A stretch of 64,000 nucleotides of DNA from Acidobacteriota bacterium (GTDB taxonomy: Bacteria; Acidobacteriota; UBA6911; RPQK01; JAJDTT01), in assembly GCA_965209055.1 (NCBI GenBank), contig OZ242374.1:1600001-1664000 (forward strand). The letters are read 5' to 3'. The translations under genes and the position numbers were made by a program. Each line of letters starts with the position of its first letter. Positions within the stretch are counted from its first letter, which is position 1. Shown here piece by piece: positions 35,594 to 46,509 of the stretch. The notes under the pieces are model-generated. The model saw nothing but the letters and a program-made list of their open reading frames with translations, was not told the origin of the DNA and searched no databases.

Positions 35594-36712
35594 ATGTTGG
35601 TGCCCAAGGACGACTTCATCGGTCTTGATGATCAGGTCCATCTTTGCGCCGGGGGTGAGACTCCGGTTTTGAAGAGCCATCAGGACGCCGTGGCCCGTTT
35701 CTTTCGCAGCAAGGCCCGGGGAGAAGATGGCCGGCAGCAGTTCGAAGAGACCTATCTGAAGTGCAAGGAGAGGGCGGGACGGCTTTTCAACGTCTCCCCG
35801 GAGGAGATCGCCTTTCTCTCCTCTACTTCGGAAGGGGTCAACCTGTTGGCTCACGCTCTGGATTGGGAGCCGGGCGACAATGTGGTGGTCGCCGACGTGG
35901 AATTCCCTTCCGACGTTCTTCCCTGGACCCGCCTGGAGCGGCTGGGAGTGGAACTTCGCCTGGTGCGGCATCGCAATTGGCAGGTGTCCGTCGCCGATCT
36001 GGATTCGCGTATCGACTCCAGGACCCGCGTGGTGGCGGTCAGCTTGGTGAGCTTCCTGACCGGACAGCGGCAGTTGCTCCGTGAACTCTCCCGAGCGGTC
36101 CGCTCCAAAGGGGCGCTACTCAGCGTCGATGCGACTCACGCGGCCGGGGCGGTCCCGGTGGAAGCGGGGCTCGCCGACTTCGTCATGAGCAGTTGCTACA
36201 AGTGGCTGTTGGGCACCCACGGCGTCTCCATCTTCTACTGGAACCGAAGCCGCCTGCCCGACCTGCAGCCGCCGTTCCTGGGTTGGCACACTCCGGCCGA
36301 TCTCACCGGTTGGCGCCATCCGACCCGTTACGAGCCGCGGCCCGACGCCGCCCGTTTCGAGCCCGGGAATCCATCCTGGATTTCGGTCTACATCCTGGAG
36401 AACGCCCTTGGCTATCTCTCCCGCGTGGGTGTTCCCGAGATCGAAAGCTATGTACTGGATCTGAGCCAAAGGGTGTTGCGCGGCCTCGACGGACTCGGCT
36501 TGGAAGTCATGACGCCGTCCCGGCGCCAGGAACGCGCCGGCAATGCCTGCTTCGTCGCCCCCCGGGCCAAGGCCGTGATGAATTGGTTTGATGAGCGGGG
36601 AATCCTGATTTGGGGAGATTCCCAGCGGATTCGCGTGTCGACTCACCTCTACAATACGGTTGACGACGTGGAGAATTTTCTCGAGGCTTTGAAGCGCTGT
36701 CCTCTGGTCTGA
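35594..36712 (+). CDS. Class V aminotransferase (cysteine desulfurase-like)
   Basis: STSEG, EFPS, VDATH, SSCYKWLLG, RFEPG, IRVSTHLYN. Confidence 0.88.
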   Translation: MLVPKDDFIGLDDQVHLCAGGETPVLKSHQDAVARFFRSKARGEDGRQQFEETYLKCKERAGRLFNVSPEEIAFLSSTSEGVNLLAHALDWEPGDNVVVADVEFPSDVLPWTRLERLGVELRLVRHRNWQVSVADLDSRIDSRTRVVAVSLVSFLTGQRQLLRELSRAVRSKGALLSVDATHAAGAVPVEAGLADFVMSSCYKWLLGTHGVSIFYWNRSRLPDLQPPFLGWHTPADLTGWRHPTRYEPRPDAARFEPGNPSWISVYILENALGYLSRVGVPEIESYVLDLSQRVLRGLDGLGLEVMTPSRRQERAGNACFVAPRAKAVMNWFDERGILIWGDSQRIRVSTHLYNTVDDVENFLEALKRCPLV

Positions 36713-36715
36713 ACC

Positions 36716-37783
36716 ATGGTTGATCTGTCCCCGAGCCTGCGTCCTCCGCGAACAGAAGCGCGTTCCGGCGCCTCACGCTCCGATTCCCGCTGCCTCATGC
36801 TCCAGACGGAGCAACCGGAGCTTGTGCGCGCCGCTGTGGAAAAGTTGAGGAAATCGGACCTGTATCCCGGCTGCAAGGTCCTCCTGGTGTGCCGGCAGGA
36901 GGATCTGGGGTCTTTTGAAGATCTCTCGGACGTGGAGTTTCTGACCTATTCCCGGTCGCGGGGCGATCGGTTCTCCGGCTTGTGGCGGCGGATGTCCGGT
37001 TTCCGTGCCGATCTGGTCTGCGCGGTCTTCGGCGGCCGTCCTGTCTTCCGGCTGCAGAAGCTCCTATTCTTTCTGGTTCCGGGCCGGCGCCGGCTGATCT
37101 TCGATGCGCGGGCTCGGCCCTACCCGCTGCGTCTCGGCAATATCGCCGCGATCCGCCGCCGGAGCCGTTACCGGGAAGTATTCCCCGACTCTGAGGCGAC
37201 GATTCTGTATCTGCCCACTGAAAGCGATTCGATTGCCCTGGAGGTCCTGAAAAGGCTCCAGGACCGAAAGATCATCGGTCCCGGCCGGATTCTGGTGTTT
37301 TGCTCGGAAGCGAAGAAAGATCTCTTCGAGTCGCGGCCGGAAGTGAGCGAGGTGGTCGCCTACGGATTTGGGCAGAAGTTGAGAAAACTTCGAATCGTTT
37401 TGAGGCTGGCCCGGATGAGGGTGGACGTGGTGGTGGCAATCCTTTCGGGACGGCCCATATTCCGGGCCCACAAACGGCTGTTTTTGCTGCTACCCGCACG
37501 TGCTCGACTGGTTTTCAACGAGCACGGAGATTGCCACTACGTCAAGCGCAATCTGCGTGGCCTGGCCGGTCTCTTGCGGGCCGGATATTTTGCCAAGATC
37601 GACCCGTACCGGCGCCTCTCGAGAAGGGGTCTCCGCTACCGTGCGCCGATCCTGGTCAAGGCCGTGTTGTTTCTTCCCCGCTATCTGTACCTGATCCTGT
37701 GGCTGCTCCTGGGTAGCCTGAAGAGAGGCGGATCCCAACGCCTCGCCGTTTTCAGAAAGGGAAGCTTCGGAGCGCGGGACTAG
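36716..37783 (+). CDS. Hypothetical protein with internal duplication (GT9 N-terminal-like halves)
   Basis: ADLVCAVFGGRPVFRLQKLLFFLVPGRRRLIFD versus VDVVVAILSGRPIFRAHKRLFLLLPARARLVFN. Confidence 0.6.
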   Translation: MVDLSPSLRPPRTEARSGASRSDSRCLMLQTEQPELVRAAVEKLRKSDLYPGCKVLLVCRQEDLGSFEDLSDVEFLTYSRSRGDRFSGLWRRMSGFRADLVCAVFGGRPVFRLQKLLFFLVPGRRRLIFDARARPYPLRLGNIAAIRRRSRYREVFPDSEATILYLPTESDSIALEVLKRLQDRKIIGPGRILVFCSEAKKDLFESRPEVSEVVAYGFGQKLRKLRIVLRLARMRVDVVVAILSGRPIFRAHKRLFLLLPARARLVFNEHGDCHYVKRNLRGLAGLLRAGYFAKIDPYRRLSRRGLRYRAPILVKAVLFLPRYLYLILWLLLGSLKRGGSQRLAVFRKGSFGARD

Positions 37784-37802
37784 TCAAACGCCGATCGAGA
37801 TC

Positions 37803-38411
37803 TCAGGAACCGAACCGCTCCGCCACGGCATCCCAGTTCACGACGTTCCACCAGGCCTTGATGTAGTCGGGCCTCCGGTTCTGATAGCGGAGATAGTAGG
37901 CGTGCTCCCACACGTCCACGCCCAGGAGAGGAACCTGTCCGGCCATGATGGGAGAGTCCTGATTGGCGGTGGAGAGGACCTCCAGCGATCCCGACGCGTT
38001 CTTCACCAGCCAGGCCCACCCCGATCCGAACCGTCCTATGCCCGCGGCGGCGACGGCCTGCTGAAACTGGGCGAAACTGCCGAAAGTGGAGTTGATGGCG
38101 TCGGCCAGGGCGCCGCCCGGCTCGCCTCCGCCTCCCGGTCCCATCAGGGTCCAGAACAGGGAGTGATTGGCGTGGCCGCCGGCGTTGTTCCTTACGGCGG
38201 TCCGGATGCTCTCGGGAACCGCGGCGCAGTTGTCGGCCAGCAGTTCATCCAGGCTCAGACCGGCCAGATCCGAATGCCCGGAGAGGGCGTTGTTCAGGTT
38301 CCCAATGTACGCGGCGTGGTGTTTGCCGTGGTGGATCCCCATGGTGGCGGAGTCGATGTGGGGCTCCAGGGCGTCGGTGGCATAGGGAAGGGACGGCAAT
38401 TCAAATGGCAT
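37803..38411 (-). CDS. sodA: Mn/Fe superoxide dismutase
   Basis: [34 protein letters not shown]. Confidence 0.95.
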   Translation of the reverse strand: MPFELPSLPYATDALEPHIDSATMGIHHGKHHAAYIGNLNNALSGHSDLAGLSLDELLADNCAAVPESIRTAVRNNAGGHANHSLFWTLMGPGGGGEPGGALADAINSTFGSFAQFQQAVAAAGIGRFGSGWAWLVKNASGSLEVLSTANQDSPIMAGQVPLLGVDVWEHAYYLRYQNRRPDYIKAWWNVVNWDAVAERFGS

Positions 38412-38554
38412 GAGATCTCCTTTCGCTGTTCCTGGGTGAGCGGGGCGCCCGCTCGGCAAAAAGATACCAGCGCGTGCGGGATACGGCAACCGGCCCATCG
38501 GATTGGGAGGGGTCGCCGTAGTAGACTGGAACGGGAGCCGATCGGGAGCGTGGG

Positions 38555-39865
38555 ATGCAGTTTCCTGTAAGCTGGCGGATGTTGATTTTCGGGCTCATCG
38601 TCATCTTTCTTGCAGCCGAAATCTGCGCACAGGTTCCGCAGGCTTCCGATTCGGAGACCGAATTCGTTGTCGTCGTTACCGGCAGAGAACTTCTCGAAGG
38701 CGCTTACGCCGACGCGCACACTCAGTTTTTGGCGCGGATGCTCCTGCCTCTCGGAGGCCGATGTGTCGGATCGGTCACCGTCACCGACGACGAAAAGGAG
38801 ATGCTGCGAGCCCTCGAATATGCCTCCCGGCGCAGCCGGATCGTCATTGTCACCGGGGGGCTCGGTCCCACCGGCGACGACATCACCCGTCAGACCCTGG
38901 CCGAATACACGGGCATCCCGCTTCAGGAATCGTCCCAGGTGATCCAAGAGTATCGGCGCCGCTACGGAGACCGGGTATTTCGCCCGAGTCTCCGGCGGCA
39001 GGCGCAGGTTCCGTCCCGCGGCGCCTATCTGAAGAACCGGGTCGGAAGCGCCGTGGGCCTGGTCTTCGACGACGGACAACGAGTTGTGGTGGCGCTGCCC
39101 GGTCCGCCCCGGGAACTCCGGCCCATGGTCAGGGAGCAACTGATTCCGTTTCTGGCCCGCCGATTCGGGATCCAGGCGGCGGTCGAATCGGTCACGCTAC
39201 GCTTTGTGGGGATCGGAGAATCGAGCATCCAGAGTGTCATCGACAAGCACGTCAACCTGCCGTCCGGGGTCAGGGTCGCATCCACCTTCGAAGCGGGACG
39301 GGTCGATCTCACCTTCTACGGCCACTCCGGCTTGCCCGGCATTCGAAAAAGCCTGCTGGCGTTGCGGGATCGGATGCTGGAGCAGCTCGGGCAACATGTC
39401 TACTCCGTTGGCGGATCGACGCTCGAAGAAACGATCCTGCGGCTTCTGGCCGATCGCAAGGCGACGTTGGCCGTGGCCGAGGTGGCGACGGGAGGAGGCC
39501 TCTCATCCCGGTTGACCGGGACTCCCTCCGCGCCGTCGGTTCTGTTCGGCAGCTATGTGGCTGCCACGAATGCCGGAATAAAAGGATTGCTGGCGTCTGA
39601 GGGGCCGGAGGCTTCGGGACAGGTTCCGGAGGGGAATGAGGCGATCCTCGACCTGGCTCGCAAGGTAGCAAGTGATCAGCGGGATCGATGGGTCCTTCTG
39701 GTTTCCCAACTGGAAGAGGGGGACGCCGACCGCGTTACCCTCTGCGCCGGGTCGAGGGCTCACGGGTTCGCCGTCGAGTCGGTCGGATTCCGCACCGGCA
39801 GGTCGGGACGTGAGCGGCTCATCACGCGCGCCCTTGATTTCCTCAGGAGAAGACTGGCTCAATGA
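38555..39865 (+). CDS. CinA-like protein (MoCF-type domain plus degenerate CinA domain) with hydrophobic N-terminus
   Basis: [30 protein letters not shown]; AEVATGG in place of AESCTGG. Confidence 0.8.
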   Translation: MQFPVSWRMLIFGLIVIFLAAEICAQVPQASDSETEFVVVVTGRELLEGAYADAHTQFLARMLLPLGGRCVGSVTVTDDEKEMLRALEYASRRSRIVIVTGGLGPTGDDITRQTLAEYTGIPLQESSQVIQEYRRRYGDRVFRPSLRRQAQVPSRGAYLKNRVGSAVGLVFDDGQRVVVALPGPPRELRPMVREQLIPFLARRFGIQAAVESVTLRFVGIGESSIQSVIDKHVNLPSGVRVASTFEAGRVDLTFYGHSGLPGIRKSLLALRDRMLEQLGQHVYSVGGSTLEETILRLLADRKATLAVAEVATGGGLSSRLTGTPSAPSVLFGSYVAATNAGIKGLLASEGPEASGQVPEGNEAILDLARKVASDQRDRWVLLVSQLEEGDADRVTLCAGSRAHGFAVESVGFRTGRSGRERLITRALDFLRRRLAQ

Positions 39866-40737
39866 GTCCCCGGGAGGCTCCAATGGGGTGGATGATACGT
39901 CTCGGTTGGCTGCTGTGCCTGGGAGTGGGCTCCCAGATTCTGGCGCTCGACTTTCCGCATCGAGCCCGGGTGCTGGCCATCGAGGACCTGACCCACGACG
40001 TGAAGAGAGTGCGGCTGACGCTGCTCCGTCCCGGCGGGTTCTCCTTCAAGCCGGGACAATTCGTCTTCCTCGAGGTCCCGGAAGAATTCGTTCAGGAATG
40101 GAATTCCCGATACGAGACGGCGCATGGGTCGGTCTTTCGACCCTATTCTTTCGCCTCCCCGCCCAGCCGGCTTCCGGAGTTCGACTTCATCATCAAGCAC
40201 TTCCGGGCGCCGCCCGGCAAGGACGTGCCGCCCGGCGTCGCTTCCACCTACGTCCATACCCGGCTCCAGCCCGGCGACGTCCTCCACCTCAGCGACCCCA
40301 CCGGGACTCTCTACCTGGGCCAGGACAGCGACCGGCCCATCCTGGTGGTGGCCGGGGGCAGCGGCGCCGCGCCTTTCGTCGGTTTGTTGGAATATTGGTT
40401 CGAACAGGGAATGGACCGGACGCGGACAATCCACTTCTTCTTCGGTGTCCGCAGCCGGAGGGACCTCCTCCTGCACGGCCGGTTCTCCAAGTGGGCGGCG
40501 GAAAAAGAGAACTTTACCTATACGCCGGCCCTGTCCTCCCCCCGCGAAGGGGACGACTGGAATGGAGAGACGGGTTATATTCAGCTCTCCGTCGACAAGC
40601 ACGTGGAGGCCCCGTCCGAAGCCGAGGCCTATCTCGCCGGGCCGCCAATAATGGTGAAGATGGTGACGGAGGTCCTCAGGGCGAAAGGGATCCCCGGCAG
40701 CCGCATCTTTTTCGATCAGATTCTCGCCAGGGAATGA
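39862..40737 (+). CDS. FAD/NAD(P)-binding oxidoreductase (FNR family, NqrF C-terminal-like)
   Basis: FKPGQF, RPYS, PGVAS, VAGGSGAAP, FFGVR, YLAGPP.M. Confidence 0.88.
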   Translation: MSPREAPMGWMIRLGWLLCLGVGSQILALDFPHRARVLAIEDLTHDVKRVRLTLLRPGGFSFKPGQFVFLEVPEEFVQEWNSRYETAHGSVFRPYSFASPPSRLPEFDFIIKHFRAPPGKDVPPGVASTYVHTRLQPGDVLHLSDPTGTLYLGQDSDRPILVVAGGSGAAPFVGLLEYWFEQGMDRTRTIHFFFGVRSRRDLLLHGRFSKWAAEKENFTYTPALSSPREGDDWNGETGYIQLSVDKHVEAPSEAEAYLAGPPIMVKMVTEVLRAKGIPGSRIFFDQILARE

Positions 40738-40747
40738 GGTGTTGAAC

Positions 40748-41317
40748 ATGGAGACTCAGACGATTTTGGCCGTGGTTTCGTTTTTGGCTCTGGCGTCGGC
40801 CCTGCTGGCCCTCAGGTCGGCTTCCGCGGCGAAGAGCCGGGCCGGAAAGCTGGAGCGGACGCTCAAGTCCCTGGAAGAAGACGTCGCCAGTTCGGGGTCC
40901 CGGCAGAAGGAGCAACTCGAGAATCAGGGACAACTGCTCCGGCGCGTGGCCCAGGGGAAGCATGTGACGGATGCAGTTTTGTCCGGCGGCCTTTTCGATG
41001 AAATCGACGGCGAAGGAGCTTTGGATATGCTTCGCCGGCATCCGGAGACCTTGATCATCGACGTCCGGGAGCCCCATGAGCACGCCGCGGTCCGAATCCC
41101 CGGCGCCAGGCTCATCCCGCTGGGGGAAGTCAGCGCCCGTGCTTCCGAGATCCCGCAGGAGGCCGACCGCGTTATCGTCCACTGCGCCGCCGGAGGCCGC
41201 TCGGCGCAGGCCTGCGCCCAACTGGGTGTGCAGGGATATGTCAACCTCTACAATCTGGCCGGGGGAATCGGACGCTGGCCGGGCGAGATCCGAAGGGGAC
41301 AATCGGAAACCAACTGA
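40748..41317 (+). CDS. Membrane-anchored rhodanese-domain protein
   Basis: N-terminal TM; IIDVREPHE..RIPGA, HCAAGGRS, NLAGG. Confidence 0.88.
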   Translation: METQTILAVVSFLALASALLALRSASAAKSRAGKLERTLKSLEEDVASSGSRQKEQLENQGQLLRRVAQGKHVTDAVLSGGLFDEIDGEGALDMLRRHPETLIIDVREPHEHAAVRIPGARLIPLGEVSARASEIPQEADRVIVHCAAGGRSAQACAQLGVQGYVNLYNLAGGIGRWPGEIRRGQSETN

Positions 41318-41369
41318 CCTCTTGAATGGATCGACCCACAGGAGTTTCGGAAATTCCACCCGGTGAGAA

Positions 41370-43685
41370 ATGCGCGCTAGCCTGAAAAATCCGTCGCAGT
41401 TCCTGGCGACGGCGACTGTTATTCCGTTGTTCGCACTGCTGGCGTTCCTGCCGGGAGGCCAACAGCTCTTGGAAGCCGCCCCCGGCAACCCAAGCATGAG
41501 GGCCTATCGAGTGTCGGCGCCGCCGGTGCTGGACGGCGTGGTGGATGACTCCTGGATGTCCATGGAGCCGGCGACCGGATTCAAACAACAGCTTCCGGAA
41601 ACCGGGGCCCCGGCGACCGAACGGGTGGAGGTGCGGATCGGATTCGACCGCAACACTCTCTTCATCGGCGTCATCTGCTTCGATTCCCGGCCGGAGGAGA
41701 TCGTTTCCACCCAGGCCCGGCGCGACGGGGTCCTGAACGAGACCGATTCGTTCGAGGTTCTCCTGGACACGTACGACGACGACCAGAGCGGATTCCTCTT
41801 TGCCACGACTCCAGGAGGTATCGAGTTCGACGCCCAGATCATCCACGGCGGCCAGAGCCGCGCCGGAGGAGGACCGGGCCGCGCCGGCTCCGTGGGCGGC
41901 AGCGGTTTCGGTGGAGCGCAAGGGGGCCAGGCGTCCGCTTTCAACCTGAATTGGGATGCGGTCTGGACGGTCCAGGCCAAAATCACTCCGCGAGGCTGGG
42001 AAGCCGAGTTCGCGATTCCGCTCCGGAGCCTGCGCTACGAACCGGGCGCGGATCGCACCTGGGGGGTCAACTTCAAACGCAACCTGCGCCGCAAGAACGA
42101 GCAGTCCTACTGGGCCCCGGTCACCCGCGGATTCGAGATCCACCGTGTTTCAATGGCGGGCGATTTGACCGGTCTGGACCTGGATTTTCGTCCGAGCCGC
42201 CAGGTCATTCCCTACGTCAAAGGCGGGTTTCTCCACGATTTCCGGGGATCCGATCCATTGAAGGACGGGATTCTGGACGCCGGCGTAGACCTGAAGACCA
42301 CGCTCACGCCGACATTGACCTTGGACGCGACCCTGAACACCGACTTCTCCCAGGTGGAGGTGGACGAAGAGCAGGTCAATCTCACCCGCTTCGACCTGTT
42401 CTTCCCGGAGAAGAGGCCTTTCTTCCTGGAGAACGCCGGCTATTTCCAGGTCGGAAGTCCGCGACAGGCGGAACTCTTCTTCAGCCGCCGCATCGGCATC
42501 GATCCCAGTGGCGTGGAGGTCCCTATCCTGGGTGGCGCCCGTCTTACCGGAAAGCTGGATCGTTTCAACCTGGGCGTCCTCAACATGCAGACCAACGACG
42601 TGGAGGACGTGACTCCGGCTCACAACTTCACCGTCCTGCGCGTGGCCCGGGAGGTGGGTTCCCGCAGCGCGTTCGGCGCCATCTTCATCAACAAGGTGGC
42701 CACCGGAACCGCGGCGCGGCCGAACCAGTTCAACCGGACCTACGGCATGGACGCCAATATCGGAATCGGAGAACGGTGGACCTTCTTCAACTACGCGGCC
42801 CGCACCGAGACTCCGGGCCTCGACGGACGCGATCACGCCGCCAGTTCCGAAGTGCGCTACGCCACCGATTTCTTCAGCTGGGACGTGGGTTACCTGGAAG
42901 TGGGAGAGGATTTCAATCCGGAGGTGGGATTCGTGCCCCGGTCAGGCTACCGGAAGCCCTCCTATGGGATCTACTTCAATCCCCGGCCCAAGAATCATCC
43001 ATTCTTCCGCCGCTTCTGGCCGCATCATTCCTGGCGCGGGCACTATCGCTTCGACGGTTCCCCCGAGTCGGGTTGGCGTCACAACGACATGCGGGTCTTC
43101 TTCCAGAACGGCGGGTCGGTGGGTCTCGCGTACAACCAGAACTTCGAACAGCTCTTCGAACCCTTCGAGATCTTCGAGGACGTCGTCTTGCCGAAGGGAA
43201 GGTACCATTTCGACAATTTTCTGTTGACTGTGGAATCGGACGAGAGCGCCGATCTATTCGGCGTCGCCAACTATTCCTGGGGGGAATTCTACTCGGGTCA
43301 CATCAAGACCCTGAGCCTGCGGGCAGGGTTCCGCGTCGGCGCCGAGTTCTTGCTGGCCGCCCGCTATGTGCGCAATGGGGTGGAACTCCCGGAAGGACGC
43401 TTCAATACGGATCTGGCCATGGTCCAGTTGAACTACTCCTTCACTCCCAAGAGCTATATCCAGTCGCTGATCCAGTACAACAGCACCGAACGGGAGATCG
43501 GGGCCAACATCCGGTTTGCTCTTCTCCGCACCGGCAGCACCGGGTTTTTTATCGTCTACAACAGCCACTTCGACCCCACGGGCATCGACCCGCATGAAGG
43601 GCCGATGGTGCCCGGCCCCTATCGGACGCAGCGGACCCTGGACCGGACGATCCTGGCCAAGTTCACCTATCTGCTGGATTTCTGA
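41370..43685 (+). CDS. CBM9-like plus DUF5916 outer-membrane protein
   Basis: PVLDG, W.AEFAIP..SLRY, NTDFSQVEVD..NLTRF.LFFPEKRPFFLE, FSRRIG, terminal Phe. Confidence 0.88.
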   Translation: MRASLKNPSQFLATATVIPLFALLAFLPGGQQLLEAAPGNPSMRAYRVSAPPVLDGVVDDSWMSMEPATGFKQQLPETGAPATERVEVRIGFDRNTLFIGVICFDSRPEEIVSTQARRDGVLNETDSFEVLLDTYDDDQSGFLFATTPGGIEFDAQIIHGGQSRAGGGPGRAGSVGGSGFGGAQGGQASAFNLNWDAVWTVQAKITPRGWEAEFAIPLRSLRYEPGADRTWGVNFKRNLRRKNEQSYWAPVTRGFEIHRVSMAGDLTGLDLDFRPSRQVIPYVKGGFLHDFRGSDPLKDGILDAGVDLKTTLTPTLTLDATLNTDFSQVEVDEEQVNLTRFDLFFPEKRPFFLENAGYFQVGSPRQAELFFSRRIGIDPSGVEVPILGGARLTGKLDRFNLGVLNMQTNDVEDVTPAHNFTVLRVAREVGSRSAFGAIFINKVATGTAARPNQFNRTYGMDANIGIGERWTFFNYAARTETPGLDGRDHAASSEVRYATDFFSWDVGYLEVGEDFNPEVGFVPRSGYRKPSYGIYFNPRPKNHPFFRRFWPHHSWRGHYRFDGSPESGWRHNDMRVFFQNGGSVGLAYNQNFEQLFEPFEIFEDVVLPKGRYHFDNFLLTVESDESADLFGVANYSWGEFYSGHIKTLSLRAGFRVGAEFLLAARYVRNGVELPEGRFNTDLAMVQLNYSFTPKSYIQSLIQYNSTEREIGANIRFALLRTGSTGFFIVYNSHFDPTGIDPHEGPMVPGPYRTQRTLDRTILAKFTYLLDF

Positions 43686-43753
43686 CCCGTACTGAATCAT
43701 GCTATGAACGCTCCGGGGAACGCCGGAAACAGGCAACAACCGGCGCCGAAATC

Positions 43754-44215
43754 ATGACCTACCTGACCCGCTTGACCTCAGCCATCAAGAAGGAGTTGGA
43801 AGAGGGCCGGCTGGGAACTCCCGTCTATGTGCGCCTGGTGATCGTGGCGTCTTCCGATCATGGACACCTGGTCCCCAGTTCGGTGGCGTGCATGCAAGTG
43901 GTCCGGGAACTGCTCGGGCCGCCGATCACGGAGGTCTTCGCCGCCGGGAGCGTCGAGTCGGGGAATCTGTCGTTGCAACTTCATCTGGAAGGTGGACGCA
44001 CCGGGCAGGTCATATCGATCCTCAGGCGGGAGGGTGATCCGGGAGCGGACCTGCTGCTGGTGGGGAACCATGGGACGTTGCGGCATGATCTGGCGGAAGC
44101 CGGTCTCGCCGGCGAGACCGACGAACGTCTCTGGAGCGCGGACGGGGTTCGGAGTGAGTTGGTCGCGGCGGTGGAGGAGTCGCTACGCAAGCGGTCGCCG
44201 GTGCGGCTCGGATAA
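43754..44215 (+). CDS. Hypothetical protein (stand-alone Gfo/Idh/MocA C-terminal-like)
   Basis: GRLGTPVYVR..LLVGNHG..AVEESLRKRSPVRL; 11 bp before the next gene. Confidence 0.6.
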   Translation: MTYLTRLTSAIKKELEEGRLGTPVYVRLVIVASSDHGHLVPSSVACMQVVRELLGPPITEVFAAGSVESGNLSLQLHLEGGRTGQVISILRREGDPGADLLLVGNHGTLRHDLAEAGLAGETDERLWSADGVRSELVAAVEESLRKRSPVRLG

Positions 44216-44226
44216 CGGAACGATCC

Positions 44227-45360
44227 ATGGGCAAAACCTACGGGGTACTCCTGGTGGCCGGAGACTTGACCCACCAGGAGAATTACGGTGCGGCTTTCGG
44301 CAGAGATCCGCGGTGCCGAGTGGTGGCGGTCACCGACGAGCCGGGAGTTCCGGAACGGCGGGATCGTTTGAATCGAAGGTTGGCCCGGCGCTTCGGAATT
44401 CCGTTCATCCCCGACCTGTCCGATGCGCTCAAGCGCAGTGACGTCCACGTCGTCAGCGTCTGCGTGGAGTTCGAACGGCGCGCCCGCGTGGCTGCTCAAT
44501 GCGCCCGAGCGGGCAAGCACGTCTACGTGGACAAGCCATTGACCGTCTCCAACCGGGAGGCGGCCTCCCTGGTTTCCGAGATCCGAAAGGCCGGAGTTCG
44601 GAGCCAGATGTACAGCCTGTTCCGTTCCCCGTGGGCTCGAAGGGCTCGACGGCTCACCGACAGCGGGGCCCTGGGGCAACTCGTGAGCATGCACAGCGAC
44701 CTGTTGTTCTCCAAGGGCCACACCGGGACCGCCGACCTGAACCGTCCCCGCCAGGAGCATTTCCCGCCCCGAAGGTTCACTTATATCGACTCGAAGCGGG
44801 AACTCTTCACCATGGGGGTCTATTCCATCGGGATCATGCGTTGGCTCTCAGGCCGTGCGGTGAAACGGGTCTATGCCCGGACCGCCAACTATTTCTTTCG
44901 GGAGCACCAGAAGAACGACGTGGAAGACTTCGCGGCCCTGACCATGGAGTTCGAAGACGGATTGGTGGGGACCCTGAGCGGCGGGAGAATCGGCTGGCTG
45001 AGTCACCTGGCCGGGGGAATTTCGGGGATCTTTCTGGCCGGGACCCGGGGTTGCCGATTCGTCGACGGTTCACGCCCCCGGTTCGAAGTCGCCTGCGACG
45101 CTCCCGCTTGGCGGCCCGGACCGCCGCATCCCGAAGATCCCATGGGATTCTGGAGAAGCAGCACCCGGGAGGCCGGCGGAGTCCACAAGTTCAACTGGCA
45201 TAGGGTCCCTCTAGCGGCGCAGTCGGACGAGTCCTATTTCATCGACTGCATCGAGCAGAATCGTGAGAGCGACATGAGCATCGCGGAGGCCGCCGAGGTC
45301 CTGAAAGTGCTCATGGCCGGCTACGAGTCGGCGGCCACCGGCAAGGTGGTCTCCCTGTAG
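44227..45360 (+). CDS. Gfo/Idh/MocA oxidoreductase
   Basis: AGKHVYVDKP, EDFA, A.YESA.TGK.V. Confidence 0.88.
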   Translation: MGKTYGVLLVAGDLTHQENYGAAFGRDPRCRVVAVTDEPGVPERRDRLNRRLARRFGIPFIPDLSDALKRSDVHVVSVCVEFERRARVAAQCARAGKHVYVDKPLTVSNREAASLVSEIRKAGVRSQMYSLFRSPWARRARRLTDSGALGQLVSMHSDLLFSKGHTGTADLNRPRQEHFPPRRFTYIDSKRELFTMGVYSIGIMRWLSGRAVKRVYARTANYFFREHQKNDVEDFAALTMEFEDGLVGTLSGGRIGWLSHLAGGISGIFLAGTRGCRFVDGSRPRFEVACDAPAWRPGPPHPEDPMGFWRSSTREAGGVHKFNWHRVPLAAQSDESYFIDCIEQNRESDMSIAEAAEVLKVLMAGYESAATGKVVSL

Positions 45361-45438
45361 GAGGGGGGACATTCCTGTCCCCCGTCGTTCTCTCACCAGC
45401 TTCGACTCAGAAATCGGCGGTTGGAAACCGCCGCCCCT
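45357..45438. repeat. GTAG-type REP doublet
   Basis: GTAGGAGGGGGGACATTCCTGTCCCCC, then inverted CGGCGGTTGGAAACCGCCGCCCCT; same family at 48999 and 53815. Confidence 0.8.
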
Positions 45439-46484
45439 CAATACCAGGCGGTCTTTTCGACCACATTCCGGACCGGCTGGCCGTTGGCGTAGCGTCTGAC
45501 ATTGTCCACCACCACCTGAGCGAAGCGATCCGGAATCCTGGGGGACCGGGCGGCGCAGTGCGGCGTCATGATGACGTTCTCCATACGCCAGAGAGGATGC
45601 TCCGGGGGAAGAGGCTCGGTTTCGAACACGTCGAGGCCGGCTCCGGCGATCTCTCCCGCCTCCAACGCCGCGACCAGATCGTTCAGGTCCACGATGACTC
45701 CCCGTCCGATGTTGATCAGAAACGCCGTCCGCTTCATCTGCCGGAACTGGAGCCGCCGGAACATCTTGACCGTTTCCGGCGTGTGCGGCGCGGCGATCAC
45801 CACGAAATCGCTTTCCGCCAGGAGATCGTGCAGCCGGTCCGGTTTCCAGAGCGACTCGACGCCCGGGGGGCATTCCTCCCGTTTGGGGTCGACCGCCAGC
45901 ACCCGCATCCCGAAGGCCAGTCCTCTTTGGGCCACCTCCGCGCCGATGCTTCCCAGCCCGACCATCCCCAACGTGGAGTCGGAGAGCTGGATGTGGGTCA
46001 GGTCCGCCGGAGCGACGTCCCGCAGGCTGCGCGCGAAGTTGGGAGCCTTCCAACTGGGGTCTCCAATGACCTCCCAAGTGGCCTTGGCCTGGTTTCGGAT
46101 GTAATGGTGGAAATTCCGGGCGAAGCAGAGGATGAAGCCGAAGACGTGTTCGGTAATGACGTCGGAAAAGATCCCCCGCATGTTGGTCAGGATCGAGGGA
46201 TGTTCCACCAGGGCGGGAAAGAGATAGTGCTCCATGCTGGCGCTGGGTGCCTGAATCCAGCGCAAGCGGGTGGCCGCCGCCAGCAGCTTGGGCGTCATCT
46301 TGCCGAAGAAGGAGTCGGCGTCGACCATGGCCGCCGCGGCGGCGTCCTCGTCGGGCGCGTTCACCACGGTGCCGCCGTCGCCCGCAACTTCCATGATGGC
46401 GGCGAGGCGGTGAGCATCCACGGCCGGATAGATCACCAGCTTGAAGATTCGTTTTGGAGGTTGGTTCCGGTGTTCCGTTGTCAT
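45438..46484 (-). CDS. D-2-hydroxyacid dehydrogenase
   Basis: GLGSIG, INIGRG, LDVFETEPL, TPH. Confidence 0.92.
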   Translation of the reverse strand: MTTEHRNQPPKRIFKLVIYPAVDAHRLAAIMEVAGDGGTVVNAPDEDAAAAAMVDADSFFGKMTPKLLAAATRLRWIQAPSASMEHYLFPALVEHPSILTNMRGIFSDVITEHVFGFILCFARNFHHYIRNQAKATWEVIGDPSWKAPNFARSLRDVAPADLTHIQLSDSTLGMVGLGSIGAEVAQRGLAFGMRVLAVDPKREECPPGVESLWKPDRLHDLLAESDFVVIAAPHTPETVKMFRRLQFRQMKRTAFLINIGRGVIVDLNDLVAALEAGEIAGAGLDVFETEPLPPEHPLWRMENVIMTPHCAARSPRIPDRFAQVVVDNVRRYANGQPVRNVVEKTAWY

Positions 46485-46509
46485 TTCATGCTCCCTGGAA
46501 ATGGATGGG

